DNA of 63,670 bases, filler included, from Nemertoderma westbladi (taxonomy: Eukaryota > Animalia > Xenacoelomorpha), in the NCBI GenBank assembly GCA_032718475.1. It is 3 parts of 3 records of this genome, joined end to end, with 100 filler letters (N's around TTAATTAATTAA, not from the genome) between each part and the next. Parts side by side here need not be neighbours in the genome. Positions count along the whole stretch, not along the records: positions 56,179 to 63,670 come from JAUCBJ010005871.1; 2 more parts are not named here. One strand, given 5' to 3'. The notes below the pieces were generated by a model. That model was not told the DNA's origin, did no database searches, and worked only from the letters and a program-made list of their open reading frames with translations. Below, piece by piece: positions 60,211 through 63,670 of the stretch. The position numbers were made by a program, and so were the translations under genes. Within the stretch, counting starts at the first letter, position 1. Each line of letters starts with the position of its first letter.

Positions 60211-62876
60211 ACGACTAGTTAAGCTCTGCCCAACGCGCTGGGTACTGAGACATGATGCTGTTCTTGTGTTTGTCGAGATGTTGCCCATCATTGTTGATTA
60301 CTTGGAATCCGATGATGATCCAATGGCGGCAACATTGCTAACAGCTATACAAGGGTCCAAGTTTATTGTTGGCCTCATGGTCACTGAAAAGCAGTGTTGG
60401 CCCATACAGTGTCAGCCAGTGAACGCCTGCAGGCTGTCAATCAGAACTTGGGTCAGGCGTACGCCATCGTCTAAGAAATTGGGGGAACTCTCAAGATGAT
60501 GCGCACCAATGCGGAAGAAACATTTGCTACCTTATTCAAAGAGATCGAGGAACTCGGAACGAAAATTGGCATAGAAACGATTTCCCGCCCACGAATCATT
60601 GGACGTCAGGTTCATCGTTCCAACATCCAGGCTGATAGCACGGAGTGTTATTATCGAAAGTCTATCTTCCTTCCCTATGTCGACTATGTGGTGGCAGAGC
60701 TGGATACTTGCTTTGGTAAGGGAACGCAGCCTCCTGGTTTGGTTTTGCAGGAGCTAATACCAAGTTTCAGAGAGAGTGGTGCCATTGGAAGAATTCAAGC
60801 TGCTGCATGCCGCTATGAAGCAGACCTCGATGCTCCAATTAAAGTGGTGAAAGCGGAGATAGCGAGATGGTGCTATCTGCCTTGGGACCCCGTCGACAGT
60901 CAGCTTGAGTTTTCGTCAGCGGTGAAGCGTTCGAAGCTCCTTGGGTTTCCTGCTATACACAAACTTCTTCGAATCTTTGGAACTCTCCCTGTTACCAACG
61001 CCACTGCCGAGCGCTCATTCAGCATGCTGCGTAGGTTGAAGACCTACATGCGTTCTACCTGTGGACAGGAGAGACTTTCTGCACTCGCCTTGCTTGCTGC
61101 CCACTGCTATCAGCCCATAGATACTGGGAATGTGATCAATCGTTATTCCCGTGAGAGGAATCGTCGCATGTTACTCATATAGAAAATTTATTTACTTAGG
61201 CCTGTATGATACTTAAATAATTAATATTATATAGTGGTAATATAAAGTATGTTAATTAGATCACAAAAAATAATAATTTAATTTAGTAAATTAAACCTAA
61301 TTCCTCAAAGCCCCCCCCCCCCCCACCAAGGGGACCATGCCTCGTCTCCCCTGGACTGCTGAGTTCACACCTTGCTACCCCTGGTTAGAGATCTCTTAAC
61401 CCTATTACCACTGGGGTGTTTTGACCATTAGCACCACTGGGGGGGGGGGGGGGGGGGGGGGGGCACCCACTATATTTTTGTAGTCGTCCAATGAAATCCT
61501 ACAAAATTTGGGCTGTTGGTGAAACAACTATAGATGAACACTACCAAACCTTAAAAAGTTAAAATTTCATAAGCAGGGAATCATAATTTTGATGAAAAAT
61601 AAAAGTAGTCCCAGGACAAGATTACAAAATTTTTCGTTTTCTAAAAACTAATAGTGTGGCAGTGTTGGCTAGATTTAGTAGGTTTTTCAAGACGCTGAAT
61701 CGAATGTGATTATATTCCATTTCCAAAAATTGAAGTGGATGCTATTTTTCGTGCACCTAAGAAGTGGGCGTGGCACTTCAAATTTTGAAAAATTCGATAT
61801 TCGGAAAATGCCCCAAAATTGAAATTTTAACGAATTTATATAGGTTTTCCAGACCGCTGAATCGATTGAAAGTAATATAGAAGCCTGAAGACTTAGAAGT
61901 TAGCCATTTTTTGAAATCAAAACTTTAGTGTTTTTTCCGAATAAAGTAATTTTGAAAATTTGAAGTGCCACGCCCTAATTTTGGTGCACCGAAAATTACG
62001 TACACAAAGGATTTGAGGCTTCTATATTACTTTCAATCGATTCAGCGCTCCAGAAAACCTATAAAATTAATTTGAAATCAAAACTTTAGTGAATTTTCCG
62101 AATCTCGTATTTTTCAAAATTTGAAGTGCCACGCCCTAATTTTGGTGCACCAAAAATGGCGAACCACTAAGTCTTCAGGCTTCTATATTACTTTCAATCG
62201 ATTCAGCGCTCCAGAAAACCTATAAAAATGCTTTGCAAATCAAAACTTTAGTGTATTTTCCGAATCTCGTATTTTTCAAAATTTGAAGTGCCACGCCCTA
62301 ATTTTGGTGCACCAAAAATGGCGAACCACTAAGTCTTCAGGCTTCTATACTACCTTTAATCGATTCAGCGCTCCAGAAAACCAATAAAAATGCTTCGAAA
62401 TCAGAACTTTAGTAAATTTTCCGAATAAAGTAATTTTGAAATTTTAAAGTGCCACGCCCTAAATTTGGTGCTCCAAAAATGACGTACCACTACACTTACA
62501 TACTTGTATAGAGCATTAGAGTGATCCAAACCAATAAAAATAAATAAAAATAGCCCAAACATAAATAATTACTAAATCACGAATGACTTTGTAAAATTCG
62601 AAAATTTCAAAAAATTTGGTGCTGGAGACCAAATTTTGAGGTGGCACCCACATCGAAAAGTAGAAATCCAATTGCAACGGCGTTTTTTGCAAAAGATGCG
62701 GCATTAAATTTGGCTAATTCTCACAAAAAATTGGGCCGGTACGTAATGTGGTTGCATAGTTACAGCAACTAAAAACTAGGAAGGGGCCGATTCGGCCCCC
62801 CCCCCCCCCCCCCCCCAGTGGTAATAGGGTTAAGCCCCCCCCCCCCCCCCTTAACGATTTCCTGGATCCGCCCCTG
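60211..62876 (+). mobile_element. hAT transposon 3' half (ZMYM1/PRKRIR-like transposase remnant 60211-61182, right TIR at 62864-62876)
   Basis: LCPTRW, then after a frameshift YYRKSIFLPYVD and TLPVTNATAERSFSMLRRLKTYMRST.GQERL..LALL (hAT dimerisation domain); end GGATCCGCCCCTG. Confidence 0.88.
61400..62829. mobile_element. piggyBac-type MITE inserted in the hAT 3' end
   Basis: TTAA|CCCTATTACCACTGGGG ... CCCCAGTGGTAATAGGG|TTAA (perfect 17-bp TIR); internal ~160-bp tandem and inverted repeats. Confidence 0.92.
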
Positions 62877-63645
62877 CACTCCACGCCAGCTCATCTTCCA
62901 AGCTGGGTGAACACTCTACAAGTGTCCAACCTCATCTACAGTTGTAGAGCCAACACAGTAACATCTTTTAGCATTCTGGTCAGAGTGCGATTATGTACCG
63001 TACAGTAAAAAACAATAAAATTTATAACATACTTTCTCAAAAAAAATTTTTGTATAGAAATTTTCTCAAACTAACTCAAACTTATTTAAATTTGTCTGTA
63101 CTCCTAACTCGGGTAAAAATTTCAGACATTTGCTTTTTTATTTAATTTGATGCAGAATTTAATGAGGATTTCAAATGTGATAACAGCTAAGCAAGATCTC
63201 TTAGCTCTCGCGCTATCGCCGTTTGTCCATCTGCCAGAATGAATGAATCAACAAATTGTAAGACAACAGATAGACTGACTAAAGGTCAGACAGAATTCCA
63301 GGAATATCGCCCCAATGGGTTACTTTAATAATAGTTAAATAATTAATTTAATAAAATTAAAAAAGCCATTAAAAGTATAACACAAAACAGAGGGGCACAA
63401 TAATATACTGTAGTTGGTCCTCACTTCTCTTTATTATGGAATTTTGATTTACGTGGAATTGTGATATTATTTTGTTCCATCGCGTGAAAACATGTTTTGA
63501 AAATGAAATTGTTTAATTTCATTAATTTCTTCTGGTTCCCCCGACCCTTTCAATTTCTTGTAATTAAAATTTTTAAATTTTTATGATATTTTGGTGAATT
63601 TCAAAATTTTAATAATATTAATCCTATAGCAATTATATTAGAATA

Positions 63646-63670
63646 CAGTGGCGGATTTCTAAAACTCGAA
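63646..63670 (+). mobile_element. Possible start of another hAT-type element at the window edge
   Basis: CAGTGGCGGAT resembles the CAGGGGCGGATCC TIR. Confidence 0.35.

Overview
AT-rich, repeat-dense invertebrate metazoan genomic DNA (species not identifiable). It is split by two artificial 100-bp spacers (44 N + TTAATTAATTAA + 44 N at 27012-27111 and 56079-56178), so adjacency across those points is not guaranteed. Most of the window is transposon-derived: five APE/RT non-LTR retrotransposon copies, an apparently intact piggyBac, decayed Helitron-like OTU/Rep/PIF1 segments, a hAT remnant, many MITE/foldback and Helentron-associated elements, and satellites. The best signals are missing from, or only partly visible in, the ORF track. 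(1) A near full-length LINE whose ORF1 carries a Ulp1/SENP-type (C48) cysteine protease fused to a coiled-coil/RRM-like region, broken only by single-base frameshifts. (2) A phase-consistent three-exon host gene (41428-46608) for a 162-aa secreted precursor: signal peptide, two-Cys peptide, KR site, EF-hand. (3) A tRNA-like Pol III head fused directly to a minimal type I hammerhead ribozyme (54509-54614, minus strand). (4) A hidden zinc-knuckle/OTU frame at 8777-9457. (5) A piggyBac transposase with an in-frame 111-nt intron. All calls come from manual reading and motif recognition; no database searches were run.
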